Positions 1-13,097 of a DNA stretch of 64,000 nucleotides are shown piece by piece. Under the pieces are notes generated by a model that saw only the letters and a program-made list of their open reading frames with translations, ran no database searches and was not told the origin of the DNA. Source of the stretch: Octopus vulgaris (lineage: Eukaryota). Location of the stretch: NCBI GenBank assembly GCA_951406725.2, contig OX597824.1, positions 83,328,001 to 83,392,000 of the forward strand, read 5' to 3'. A program made the translations under genes and the position numbers. How positions within the stretch are numbered: the stretch's first letter is position 1; every line of letters starts with the position of its first letter.

Positions 1-209
1 CCCAATGTTTAAAAAAAAAAAAAAAGGAAATAATAAAATATAAAGATTCCTAGGCAGAGAAAACCATATTTGAAATGCAGAGCAGCAAACCCGACATCGA
101 CTGAAGAAACGGACGACTGACGGGACCTTTATAGGTCATATGACCACGCTGGACCAATGAGAAAAGAGGAAATGGTAGTCGGGTAGTGGTCGTAGTAAAG
201 AAACAGTAA

Positions 210-450
210 GAGAGAGAGAGAGGAAAATTAAACAGAGAGAGAGAGAGGAAAAATAAACAGAGAGAGAGAGAGAGGGAAAAAAGCAGAGAGAGAGAGGAAA
301 ATAAACAGAGAGAGAGAGAGAGAGGAAAATAAACAGAGAGAGAGAGAGGAAAATAAACAGAGAGAGAGAGAGAAAATAAGCAGAGAGGGGCGAAGAGAGG
401 AAAATAAACAGTGAGAGAGAGAGAGGGGAAATAAGCAGAGAGGGGGGGGG
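210..450. repeat. Compound (AG)n/GAAAATAAAC minisatellite
   Basis: About nine GAAAATAA(A/G)CAG(AG)n units. Confidence 0.9.
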
Positions 451-765
451 AAGAGAGGATGTAAATAAATAGGTTGGAGGAAGAGGGCGAGGAAGGGTTC
501 GTTCATGTGACAGACGTGTGTATGTGTATTGGTGTGAGACGCGTGTGTGATAAAGCATATGTTGTTCACTTGTTCGAGATGTATCGGCATAGATATCACA
601 TACGTATATATATATATGCACATGAGTGGGGAAACGATATGATGTTTTATCTCTCGCTTTTTCTCACTATATATATATACATATTATATACATATATATA
701 GAGATGTGTGTGTGTTTATATGCATATATGTGTGTAGATATGTATTACAGATAATAGATGTATGC

Positions 766-882
<117 letters not shown>

Positions 883-1011
883 CACATACACACATGTGTT
901 TGTATATGTATTTCTATATATATATGTACATATATATCTATTAACTTTATGTATATGTGTGTGTATATGCGCGTGCGTGTGTGCGTGTATGTGTGTGTGT
1001 GTGTGTGTGTA

Positions 1012-1900
1012 CAGAGATGGGGTGATAGATGAACTGCATAAGATGCAGTTTGATTTTGTGCCAGGGTCGAGTACTACTGATGCTCTGTTTTGAGTATGTC
1101 AACTGCAGAAGTATTTGGTAAAAGTGAACTAGGTTTTCATCAGCCTGGAGAAAGCCTGCAGTCTCTTGTTCTGTGATCTAGTGTGCCTCTGAGGAATCAA
1201 GGGGTACAAGAGTTACTTGTGAGAACCATCTAAGTTATGTACAGGGTAGAATATTCTCAGTAAGATGAGAATTAGAAAATGAGTAGAGCAGTGAATTTAG
1301 AATACAGTTAGGAGTTCACCTGATCTCTATTCTTGGTCCCCATCTATTCATCATTGTCCGCTAGGCCACAAGAGAGGAATTTAAGACCTGTTTCTCTTGA
1401 TCCCTAACCCTGATATATTGATGGCCTTGCTCTTATAACTGAATCTGTTGTGGAATTGGTGTGCAGGAGTGGCTGTGTGGTAAGTAGCTTGCTTACCAAC
1501 CACATGGTTCCGGGTTCAGTCCCACTGCGTGGCATCTTGGGCAAGTGTCTTCTGCTATAGCCTCGGGCCGACCAATGCCTTGTGAGTGGATTTGGTAGAC
1601 GGAAACTGAAAGAAGCCTGTCATATATATGCATATATGTATGTGTGTGTATATTTGTGTGTCTGTGTTTGTCCCCCTAGCATTGCTTGACAACCAATGCT
1701 GGCGTGTTTACATCCCCGTCACTTAGCGGTTCGGCAAAAGAGACCGTTAGAATAAGTACTGGGCTTACAAAGAATAAGTCCCGGGGTCGATTTGCTCAAC
1801 TAAAGGCGGTGCTCCAGCATGGCCGCAGTCAAATGACTGAAACAAGTAAAAGAGTAAAAAGAGAGAGTGTAGAAACAAAACCTGGAATCTAAGGGCTTTA
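1012..1900 (+). mobile_element. Decayed RTE LINE reverse transcriptase, split by a SINE
   Basis: MQFDFVPGSSTTDALF, LEKA and GVH.DLYSW remnants in 1012-1460; resumes after the SINE as KQNLESKGF (~1873-1899). Confidence 0.75.
1461..1866 (+). mobile_element. SINE family A, full length (tRNA-like head, microsatellite linker, GTAAAAGA tail)
   Basis: A-box-like TGGCTGTGTGGTAAG and B-box-like GGTTCAGTCCC. Other copies near 2240-2858, 6521-6870, 9436-9835, 29027-29532, 53077-53483 and 55150-55625 (all minus) and 37231-38346 (plus). Confidence 0.9.
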
Positions 1901-2079
1901 AGCCTCTAGCATTCCTCTCCTGAGCTATTTCTTTTACTTTCTCTCCTATACTGATATTTACTATCAACCATACTTCCACCCTTGTACATCATTCACCATA
2001 TTAACCTCTTCCTCCACACATTTCTACTCTCCTGTCACTCTCCTCTCACAAAGCAACAACTTTACTAACAAGCTTGAGG

Positions 2080-3900
2080 TCCATCGAGGATCCATCGTGG
2101 CTCAGTCCTCATCTCTTTCCTGTACACCATAGTTTTACAGGCCATCACTGAGGTTTTCAGGACCTGTTGACCACGTAAACTCTAATGTTAATGATCTATT
2201 TCTCATAGATGAGAACTAGATCAGCAGCATCTGTTATCTTTTACTTGCTTCAGCCATTTGACTGTGGGCATGCTGGGGACCATGAAGGTTTTTAGTCAAA
2301 CAAATCAACCTAAGTATATACTTTTTTAAAGCCTAGTACTTACCCTGACAGTTTCTTTTTCCAAGCTTCTAAGTTACAGGGATGTAAACACACCAACACC
2401 GGTTGTCAAGCGGTGGTGGGGGACAAGCACAGACAGAAAGACACACACACACAAAGATATATACTTATGTATATGAATTTCTTTTGGTTTCTTATTTCTT
2501 CATGGCCCACAAGGGGCTAAACATAGAGGGGAAAAAACAAGGACAGACAAACGGATTAAGTTGATTACATCGACCCCAGTGCATAACTGGTACTTAATTT
2601 ATCGACCCCGAAAGGATGAAAGGCAAAGTCGACCTCGGCAGAATTTGAACTCAGAATGTAGCGGCAGACGAAATACCCCTAAGCATTTCGCCCGGCATGC
2701 TAACGTTTCTGCCTAGTCGCCGCCTTCTTTCAGTTTCTGTCTACCAAATCCACTCACAGAGCTTTAGTCGGCCCAAGGCTATTGTAGAAGCTATCTGCCC
2801 ATGGCGCCATATAGTGGGACTGAACCTGGAACCATGTGGTTGGGAAGCAAGCTTCACCTACACCTAGAGTCAGTGCTGGATTAACCATTAAGCAAAATAA
2901 GCATGTGTTTAGAGCATCAAGGGAAGGAAGGGCACCACAGAAATAGTAAATAGTTTACAACACAAAAGAAATCACTTTCATCATCATCATCATCATCATC
3001 GTTTAATGTCCGTTCTCCATGCTAGCATGGGTTGGATGGTTCGACCGGGGATCTGGGAAGCCAGAAGGCTGCACCAGGCTCCAGTCTTATCTGGCAATGT
3101 TTCTACAGCTGGATGCCCTTCCTAACGCCAACCACTCCGTGAGTGTAGTGAGTGCTTTTTACGTGCCACCTGCACAGGTGACAGGCGAGGCTGCCAACGG
3201 CCATGGTCGGATTGGTGTATTTTACGTGCCACCGATCCGACCGTGGCCGTTGCCAGCCTCGCCTGGCACCTGTGCAGGTGGCACGTAAAAAGCACCCACT
3301 ACACTCACGGAGTGGTTGGCGTTAGGGAGGGCATTTCTTTAAACTTGTTAAAATAATATTCGGGATGCCTTTATCTCTACTAAGTATAGATGCAGATGTG
3401 TTACCCAAGATTAATTTTGAGGATTTGATCAAAGACTTTGCAATTCAAAAAAGTAGGAGGAAACTTTTCAAATAGAAATAAATTGGAAGAATACAAAAAT
3501 AAACATTATTTTCCCTGTTGCTGTTTTGTTTCGTTTTGAAAAATAAAAATTTATTTCATGGTTTGTAATTGTTTATATTTTGAATTACATAATCTTTTAT
3601 GGGGGCACCAAAATCTTTTAAGTGCTTAGGGCCTCGATGGGTCTTAATCTGGCCCTGCCTAGAGCATACCGAGAAAAAATTTGTAGCGTGGAAACAAAAC
3701 CTAGAATCAAGAGAACTCAAGGTAAACACAGTAAAAAGTAAGGTACTAATAAATAGGAAAGTAGACAGAACCCCAATGTTATCAAGGAAATGGCCTTGCT
3801 CAATATGCAGAAATGGAATAGGTAGAAACCCTATATGCTGTACTGAGTGTTAGTTCTGAACATAATACACAAGAAGTGTAATAGAGACACATGGAGTCTA
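2080..3900 (+). mobile_element. Second decayed RTE LINE, split by nested insertions
   Basis: IHRGSVLISFLYTIVLQAITEVFRTC (~2090-2170), then EKKFVAWKQNLESRELKVN...WPCSICRNGIGRNPICCTEC (3670-3850). Confidence 0.75.
2871..3657 (+). mobile_element. Non-autonomous hAT transposon retaining the transposase C-terminus
   Basis: TIRs CAGTGCTGGATTAA / TTAATCTGGCCCTG; 8-bp TSD CCTAGAGT (2863-70) / CCTAGAGC (3658-65); 3371-3475 reads LSLLSIDADVLPKINFEDLIKDFAIQKSRRKLFK*. Confidence 0.88.
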
Positions 3901-4422
3901 ATAGTCAAAGGAATTTTTGTAAGCAACTTAATTAACAGAGGAAGTGGTTGTTCAGAAACTGCTGAACTTGCACCAAAATTTGAGACTGATAATTAGTTCA
4001 ATGCATGGCAATGGAATGGCAGAATCCTTGGAGTATCAGACATGATACCTTGCAGTACCTGTTCTGACTCTTTGAATTCAGTGTTCAAATTCCACCTCAC
4101 CAGCTTAGTTGTGTTAGGAATCATGGACTTTGAAACCCAGTTTATAGTAGTAGCCCTCCTCTAGTTACCCATATCAGAAGGAACGATATATCAGTCGTAC
4201 CAATACTGAAATAAACAGGCCCTACATTGAACCAGAATAAATACTAAGAGGAAAAAACTCATGAGGTTAGCAGATAGTAAAATATATTTTGCAGTATTAA
4301 GTTATGTCCCTTTATATTCTGAGTGCAAATCTCACTGAGGTTCTCTGCATTTTTTCTCATTCTGGTTGGTGGGGATGGGAGGCAGTAAACTACATACCAA
4401 CCAGCAGCTGTAGTCACCTTAA

Positions 4423-4939
4423 TCTCTCTCTATATATAAACGGCAGTTTGTCTGTCTGTGTGTTTGACCACGGCTGTCTGTGTTGTACCCTGACCTGACC
4501 ACGGCTTTCAACCGATTCTGATGAAACTTGACACACACATAGCCCAATGTCATAATTCAAAACTAACGCAGCGAAAATTTTGAAAAGTTCCCCCAGTTCT
4601 GAAAAAAATTAATAAATTCGACATGGGGTCGAGAATCTAAGCTTTTTATTTGCAACACATTTTCTGTTGTAGTTTTCGCAACTTGCAATCGATTTTGACC
4701 AAACTCATGGTGAAGCTTAATGTTACCCTAAGAAACTTAATTCTGACGTTAGTTTTCCATGCAATACCTTACCATCAGAAAAAATCGATAAAATCATGCC
4801 ATTTTGGGAAATCGCGTTCAAATTCAAGATGACATATTTTCGACAATATCTTTCACAAATTGGCAGGAATTTTTTTAAAATTCACAGCGAGCATCATGTC
4901 TGCTCCAGGGGCTCTTACATACCCGGGCTATGCTGCTAG
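4423..4939 (+). mobile_element. Non-autonomous Helitron
   Basis: A|TCTCTCTCTATATATAAA 5' end followed by CTGTCTGT repeats; 3' CCCGGGC...CTGCTAG|T; inserted between A and T without a TSD. Confidence 0.75.
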
Positions 4940-5065
4940 TGAACTGATATATTCTGATCAAAATGTATGGCCTTGTGACTAGGCTAAAATCTCTATTAAT
5001 GTTTGTGTAGCAGGAATATTTAGTAATCAACCCAATTTTGCAATTCACTAGAATATTGCCTACAT

Positions 5066-5269
5066 CAGTGCTTTTTAACCTTTTTGCTGGAGCGGAACCC
5101 CAAGAAAACATTTCACTGGCTCGAGGAACCCCTGTGCAATAATTTAATTGTCTTATGCACACATATCTGCACAGGAGGAGAATTAAAAATTACTGTCGAT
5201 TTTAGCATTTTTGTAACTTCTTGCGGAACCCCTGGACTGTACTGGCGGAACCCTGGTTGAAAACCACTG
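5066..5269. mobile_element. hAT-type MITE
   Basis: TIRs CAGTGCTTTTTAACC / GGTTGAAAACCACTG; perfect 8-bp TSD GCCTACAT (5058-65, 5270-77). Confidence 0.92.
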
Positions 5270-6066
5270 GCCTACATGATGATGATGATCATCATCATCA
5301 TCATCGTTTAGCGTCCGCTTTCCATGCTAGCATGGGTTGGACGGTTCAAATGGGGTCTGGGAAGCCAGAAGGCTGCACCAGGCCCAGTTTGATCTGGCAA
5401 TGTTTCTCCGGCTGGATGCCCTTCCTAACACCAACCACTCCATGAGTGTAGTGGGTGCTTTTTACGTGCCACCGGCACAGGTGCCAGACGAGTCTGGCAA
5501 ACAGCCACGATCGGATGGTGCTTATTATGTGCCACCGGCAAGGGGGCCAGGCGAAGCTGGTCAACAAAATCTGACCACTGATGACTTCATGTGGAATAGG
5601 CTTCAGCAACGATTTCATCTTTTGGCGTACTTTCTACTGAGCCTATCAACCACTATAAATTCAACACACCATGACTACTAGACAGAGAGCTTTGGGATGC
5701 TGTGTTTTGTTTTGTTTCCTTTCTTTCTTTTTGGCAGCAGGTTTGTTGCCATTAGGAAGGGCATCCAGCTGTAAAAAACATGCCCATACAGACACAGAAG
5801 TATGGGGAAGTCTTCTTCCTGGCCAGTTCCTGTCAAACAATCCAACCCATGCCAGCATGGAAGGAAGACGTTAAACAGTGATGATAATGTGTAAGGACAG
5901 TGGAATCTCTGTTATAATCGTTGCTGTGGTAGTAGTGTTGGTAGCGACATTGTTTATGTTGTCCTTGGTAGTGTAGTGGTGGTGGTGGTGCCAGAGGGTG
6001 TAGCGATGGTGGAGGATAGTGTGGTTGCTGGTGGTGTTTAAGATGTTGATGATATACACCACAGAA

Positions 6067-6463
6067 AAGCAGTGAGCTGGTAGAGATATTAGCACGCTGG
6101 GCAAAATGCTTAGCGGTATTTCGTCTGCCGTTACGTTCTGAGTTCAAATTCCGCCGAGGTCAACTTTGCCTTTCATCCTTTCGGGGGCGATTAAATAAGT
6201 ACCAGTTATGCACTGGGGTCGATATAATCGACTTAATCCATTTGTCTGTCCTTGTTTGTCCACTCTGTGTTTAGCCCTTTGTAGGTAGTAAGGAAATAGG
6301 TATTTCGTCTGCCGTTACATTCTGAGTTCAAATTCCACCGAGATTGACTTTACCTTTCATCCTGTCAGGGTCAATAAATTAAGTACCAGTTGCGTACTAG
6401 GGTCGATCTAATTGACTGGCCTCCTCTCCCAAAATTTTGTGCCTAGTGCCTAGAGTAGAAACG
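6067..6463 (+). mobile_element. SINE family B dimer within one TSD
   Basis: B-box-like GAGTTCAAATTCC twice; core CCTTTCATCCTTTCGGGG.CGAT..ATAAGTACCAG; 16-bp TSD GATATACACCACAGAA (6051-66, 6464-79). Confidence 0.9.
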
Positions 6464-7194
6464 GATATACACCACAGAATCTGGGACCCCAGCCTAATAG
6501 ACCTATTGCTTGGGAAACATACTCTTTTACTTGTTTCAGTCATTTAACTGTGGCCATGCTGGAGCACAGCCTTTAGTCAAGCAAATCGACTCCAGGACTT
6601 ATTCTTTGTAAGCCTAGTACTTATTCTATCAGTTTCTTTTGTCAAACCGCTAAGTTATGGGGATGTAAGCACACCAGCATTGGTTGTCAAGTGATGTTGG
6701 GGGGACAAACACAGACACAGAAACACATACACGCACACATATATATATATATATATATACGACGGGCTTCTTTCAGTTTCCTTCTACCAAATCCACTCAC
6801 AAGGCTTTGGTCGGCCTGAGGCTATAGTAGAAGACACTTACCCAAGGTGCCACGCAGTGGGACTAAACCCCTTTATTCTGGGTTGTTTTTTTAATAACAA
6901 TATGGGGTGCACGGTGTTAGTTTAGACATGTTGCACTCTCTCAACTGTCCAGTCAATTTCTCTGCACTTCAGCATTCACTGCACACTGCAGTACTCTGTG
7001 ATTAATAATATGGGGTGCTGTGTAACAATCTGCACATATTGCACTCTTTCCATTGTCTTGTCTATACTTGTATTCCTGCAGTTACTGCACACTGTCATGA
7101 GTGATGAATCACACACAGCGCAGAGTGACAGATGGATGCAACATGTCACATTCTCTCCACTGGCCAATCTATTTCTGTACTCCCGTAGGTTCTG

Positions 7195-8690
7195 GTTGTT
7201 GTTGTTGTTGTTGTCATCGTTGGTGGTGGTGGTGGTGGTGGTGCTTGTAGTGATGGTGAAGACAGCCACAGCTGTGGCGGTGAGTGTGGTGGTGTTGGTG
7301 TTGGTGGTGGTGGTAGTGGTGGCTGTTGCTGTTGATGTTGTGGTGGTGGTGGTGGTGGTGATGATGTGGTGGTGGTGGTGGTGGTGGTGGTGGTGGTGGT
7401 GGTTGCAGTGGCAGTAGTGGCAATAGTGGTGGTGATGGTGGTGTTGGTGGTGGTGTTGGTGGTGGTGGTGGTGGTGGTGGTGATTGTGGTGGTAGTGGTG
7501 GTTGTGGTGGTTTTGGTGATGGTGGTGGTGGTGGTGGTGGTGGTAGTGGTTGCTGTGGTGGTGGTGGTGGTGGTTGCAGTGGCAGTAGTGGCCATAGTGG
7601 TGGTGATGGTGGTGTTGGTGGTGGTGGTGGTGGTGTTGGTGGTGGTGTGATGGTAGTGGTGGTTGTGGTGGTAGTGGTGGTTGTGGTGGTTGTGGTGGTG
7701 GTGGTGGTGGTTGCAGTGGCAGTAGTGGCCATAGTGGTGGTGATGGTGGTGTTGTTGGTGGTGGTGTTGGTGGTGGTGGTGGTAGTGGTGGTTGTGGTGA
7801 TGGTGGTGGTGGTGATGGTGGTGGTGGTGGTGGTGGTGCTGGTGGTGGTGGTAGTGGTGATGGTGGTGGTGGTGATGGTGGTGTTGGTGGTGGTGGTGTT
7901 GCTGGTGGTGGTGGTAGTGGTGGTTGTGGTGATGGTGGTGGTGGTGATGGTGGTGGTGGTGTTGCTGGTGGTGGTGGTGGTGGTGGTGGTTGTGGTGGTG
8001 GTGGTGGTGGTGGTGGTGGTGGTGGTGTGGTGGTGGTAGTTGTGGTGATGGTGGTGGTGGTGTTGCTGGTGGTGGTGGTGGTAGTGTGGTGGTTGTGGTG
8101 ATGGTGGTGGTGGTGATGGTGGTGGTGGTGGTGGCCATGGTGGTGGTGGTGTGTTGTTTAGCTTCAATCATCTTTGATTAAGCTGATCTATACACAAAGA
8201 CATTCCATCTGCAACCATCCCAGGTTGTATTTTTTTCTACTATTATTCCAAGGTAGAATGCATTCAAAACCACTTCCTCCAGTATTTTATTCTTTTCTCA
8301 AAGACCATGATCTGAAGAAGATTTGGCTGCTGTTTCTAGCAAGTTGAGAAACCAAGTAGAAACTTCTTCATTAATGTTATTATTGGTGGTGGTGGTGGTG
8401 GCAGAGGAGGACGAGGGGGAGGAGGACGAGGGGGAGAGGACGAGGAGGTGGAGGAAGAGGACGAGGAGGTGGAGGATGAGGACGAGGAGGTGGAGGAGGA
8501 GCATGAGGAGTGCTGCTGTTGCTGTTGTTGTTGGTGGTGGTGGTGTTGGTGGTGTTGGTGGTGGTGGAGGTGGTGGTGGTGGTGGTGGTGTTAGTAGTGT
8601 TGGTGGTGTTGGTGGTGGTGGTGGTGGTGGTGGTGGTGGTGGTGGTGGTGGTGGTGGAGGTGGTGGTGTGTGGTGGTGGTGGTGCTGCTG
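7195..8690. repeat. (GGT)n-derived low-complexity tracts with higher-order duplications
   Basis: GGTTGCAGTGGCAGTAGTGGC(A/C)ATAG recurs near 7401, 7572 and 7709. Confidence 0.95.
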
Positions 8691-9089
8691 CTTTTTACTA
8701 CAACTCTCATATCAGATATATGGATATCTTCCGTGAGCCAACAAGGGAGCTTCAATCTACTAGAAATAGCAGCCAAATTCCCTTCAATCATATCATACTA
8801 TTTTAGAGAAAGAAAGACAGGAGCACACACTGGACTATATAGTTCCAACAGATAGGATGGTCACGATTGGAATGCCTTTCATCATAGATTTGTGCCATCA
8901 GGATTGATGTGGAAACTCTAGACAGCAAGAATAACAACAACCACGCATTTAATGGATTTTCTATACAGACTTCTGACTTGCTAGAAAGAGCAGCCAAATC
9001 ATCATCTGATCACACACTCTATCTTCTTTAACAAATGGATTGAGATATTAGATAATTTAGACCATAGCCTTACTCTTATTTCACACAAT

Positions 9090-9310
9090 AGCTGCAGGCT
9101 GAAAGAGGCCCCATGGTAGGCCCTACACCAGATGGCCAGATGTGGCTAAAGAAGATCTCCAGAGGCTTGTTCTCACCTCGGGGGATGCAGAGAAGCTGGC
9201 ATCGGACCATCAACAATGATGGAGCTGGTGATCCTGGTCAACTTTATGGATGATGATGCCTCTGGGACCCTTAATCTGGAAAGACTCCAGCCCCATCAAG
9301 CAAGTGCATG
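9090..9310 (+). mobile_element. RTE-like LINE 3' remnant
   Basis: KRPHGRPYTRWPDVAKEDLQRL resembles the GRPxxRW motif at RTE C-termini. Confidence 0.5.
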
Positions 9311-9334
9311 ACTGACTGATTAACATGTAGTTAA

Positions 9335-10395
9335 GATGGTCATGGTTGAAATGGTTTTTATCATAAGACTGTTGGATCAAAACTGACCTGGGGTTAAACC
9401 AAAAGGAAAGGCATGTTATATAATGTAAATTACTGTTTTACTTGTTTCAGTCATTTGACTGCGGCCATGCTGGAGCACCGCCTTTTTAGTCAATCAAATC
9501 GACCCCAGGACTTATTCTTTGGAAGCCTAGTACTTATTCTATTGGTCTCTTTTGCCAAACCGCTAAGTTACGGGGAGGTAAACACACCAGCATCTGTTAT
9601 CAAACGATGTTGGGGGGACAAATACAGACACACAAACATATACACACATACATATATATATACAGATATACGACGGGCTTCTTTCAGTTTCCGTCTACCA
9701 AATCCACTCACAAGGCTTTGGTCGGCCCGAGGCTATAGTAGATGACACTTGTCCCAAGGTGTCACGCAGTGGGACTGAACCAGGAACCATGTGGTCTGTA
9801 AGCAAGCTACTTACCACGCAGCCACTCCTACGCCTACAAAGTCAAATGTAAATTTTTAAAAAATGGATGGTCACAGTTGGAATGTCGTTGATAATAAAAC
9901 TGTTGGGGCTAAACAACAATAATGAGGAACAATATGTTATATAATGTAAATCTACATAAATGGCAAGATGATCACAGTTGGAATGTCTTTGATCATATGT
10001 CTGTTGGATCAGGACTCACCTAGGGCTAAATAATAAGAACAAGGAAGGAGACATTATATATCTGTAAATAAAGACAGGATGGTCACAGCTAGAATGACTT
10101 TGATTATATATCTGCTGGATCAGGGATGACCTGGGGTTATGCAACAGCTACAAGGAAGGACACATTATATAATGTAAATGTAAATAAAAGGCGGTAGTCA
10201 CTACTGGAGTGTCTTTGATCAAAAAGACTTTTGGATCAAGGTTGACCTGCAGCTAACCAACAACAAGGAAAGACGCTATATATTATGTAGTGCCAGATAA
10301 AAAATATCTAAATAAAAAAACTGGTTGCCCATAGTCAGAATATCTTTGATCATAGGTCTGTTAATCAGAGACCACCTGAAGCTGATCAACACCTG
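9335..10395 (+). repeat. Degenerate ~120-bp tandem repeat, about 6 units, split by a SINE
   Basis: Recurring GATGGTCACAG.TGGAATG.CTTTGATCA...GACCTGGGG...ACATTATATAATGTAAAT. Confidence 0.75.
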
Positions 10396-10494
10396 TGTCA
10401 TCTCACTTCCAAATATTTCTTTAATTCTGTTTTCAACAACTTTTCTTTAATTCTGATAAAATTGTTCTAAAACCCTGGGGTGTGTTCTGCCTCT

Positions 10495-10502
10495 TCTCTC
10501 TG

Positions 10503-10579
<77 letters not shown>

Positions 10580-11602
10580 ATTTGGTCTCAATGGTTTTCC
10601 TTCTATCTATCTTTTTGATTCCCCCTTTCTCTCTTTTTGTCCCCCTCTGTCTGTTTGCTTACCTGCCTACCTGTATGTCTGTCCATCTGTCACTTTCCCT
10701 CTCTGTGTCTCTGCCTACCTGTCTTTCTGCATCTCTCTCTCTCTCCCTCTATCTATCTATCTATCTATCTGTCTGTCTATCTAGCTGTCTCTGTCAGTCT
10801 CTCTCTCTCTCTCGCTCTCTCTCTAGTGCTTTCTCTCTCTCTCTCTTGCTCTTTCTCTTGTGCTTTCTCTCTCTCTCTCTCTCTCTCGATTTTGTCTCTG
10901 TTTCTTATTTCTCTTTCTTTCACTCCATTTAAGACTGTTTTAACTCACTTTCTCACTCTCACTCTCTCTCTCTCTTTCCCTCTCTCATTTTCTTCCAATC
11001 TCTCTCTTTCCCTCTCTCATTTTCTCACAATCTCTAACTTTCTCTTGCACTCCCTCTCACTACTTCTCTTCAACACTCTAACACTTTTACCACCATAAAC
11101 TCATGCTGACACTCCCTCTCTCACTCTCTCTGTCCTTGTCTCACTCACACTCTTACTCTTTCTCCCAATCTCACCATAGCTCTCTTTCTCTCTAAACCTC
11201 TCTCTATCACACTTTTCCTCTCATCTCTCACCCCACCACTTTTCCTTCAACTCTTTCTCTATTGGGAACCCCCCCCCCCCATCTTTGAATTTCTCTCAAT
11301 ATTTTCAGGGATAAAATAAAACATATAAAACACACAAAAGAACGCATCATACTTTCACAAAAGTACTGTACTCTCTCTCATAAAAGTACAGCCTGAAGCT
11401 TCAGCAGATGTAAAAATATATATAAAAGAATGTTTGATATTATCCTGTATTTCTCTGTGTGTATGTGTGTGTGTGTGTGTGTGTATAATATATATTTATG
11501 TACATATATATATATATTGAAAGACAGACATATAGGTAAATAGATATGGATATCTGTGGGTAAAAAATGCACTAATATATGCATACATACATTTTTTTTT
11601 TA

Positions 11603-11688
<86 letters not shown>

Positions 11689-11721
11689 ACATATACATAT
11701 ATATACATACATATATTTATA

Positions 11722-11778
<57 letters not shown>

Positions 11779-11903
11779 GTATGTATATTAATGTATATAT
11801 GTGTGTATATATATACATGTATACATATATATAAACATAGATATATGTATAAATATAAATTTACATATATATATACACACACACACATATATAATATATA
11901 TAT

Positions 11904-11970
<67 letters not shown>

Positions 11971-12645
11971 TATTATATATAATCTTTTATCAGCTGAGAA
12001 TACTACAGGACTTACACAAAAGTGTTTTGTGCCAAGAAACTTATTAAACGTAGGCCCTTCACTAAATCCTACAGTATTCTCAGCTAATGAAAAAATCTAC
12101 TTTATATATTGAAGTTCTCTTTCTCATTCTTAAAAGGAAACTTTTATATATATATATACATATATACATATATATAGAGAGAGAGACACACATGGACACA
12201 CATACACACATTCATACACACACACACACACACATATATGGAAACTATGAATCTATAATCTAAGAATCTATATTAGAGTCTCATGACAGTCATAAATCAA
12301 TTGATAGTTAATACAATATATTGGTTACTATCGATACCTCATGACAATGATGTATTCCTCAGATGCATGCCAGTTCTACTGAAATATACTGAAAAACTTA
12401 TTTTTATATTGGAACTCACACATCGCACACACACACACATGTATGTATGTGCACGTGTGTGTGTGTACTTGTGCATATATGCATATATAGACAGCTAGAT
12501 AGGTAGATAGATAGGTAGGTAGGTAGGTAGGTAGGTAGGTAGATAGATAGATAGATAGATAGATACATACATACATACATACATGCATACATTCATACAT
12601 ACATACATACATACATACATGCATACATTCATACATAGATAGATT

Positions 12646-12714
<69 letters not shown>

Positions 12715-12810
12715 ATAGATAGGCAGATAGATAGATAGATAGATACATACATACATACATACATACATACATACATACATACATACATACATACATACAT
12801 GCATACATGA
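10495..12810. repeat. Microsatellite block: (CA)n, (CT)n, (TA)n, (TAGA)n, (TACA)n
   Basis: Seen directly. Confidence 0.95.
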
Positions 12811-12849
12811 GAGTATGATAGAAGAAGGCTTGCTCTTCATTCCGTAGAA

Positions 12850-13097
12850 GAAAAAATTCAAATCGGACCATGATAACACCAAAAATTATTTACATCAAAA
12901 AGGTGTTTTTTTTCTATGAAAATCCCTATTTTTTATGATTTTTTGACTGCTGTGTCATCATTTTTCAGTGCATTTCAACCAGAAAAATGTTCACTTAAAG
13001 AGAATAACAAGCTACATAATGCAAAATTCTTACTTTTCAAAAATTCCAATTCTGAAGGGTCGAAACAAACCCGAGCAATGCCGGGCGATACTGCTAG
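12850..13097 (+). mobile_element. Helitron 3' fragment
   Basis: AAACCCGAGCAATGCCGGGCGATACTGCTAG|T nearly matches the end of 27242-27626; 5' end not found. Confidence 0.7.

Noticed and set aside
60-200. CCAAT-like and TATA-like motifs near the window start
   Set aside because: Short motifs with no linked gene or transcript evidence.
1686-1892. Recurrent short ORFs such as AGVFTSPSLSGSAKET, RPRKDERQSRPRRNLN and [12 protein letters not shown]
   Set aside because: Translations of SINE families A, B and C, not genes.
4518-4528. CTGATGAAAC inside the Helitron
   Set aside because: No stem II or downstream GAAA/NUH arrangement; chance match.
7146-8171. Long His/Thr/Pro/Val-rich ORFs (also 32514-33407, 34825-35580, 41141-41904)
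   Set aside because: Open in several frames on both strands because (GGT)n/(CAC)n repeats lack stops; no sign of real coding.
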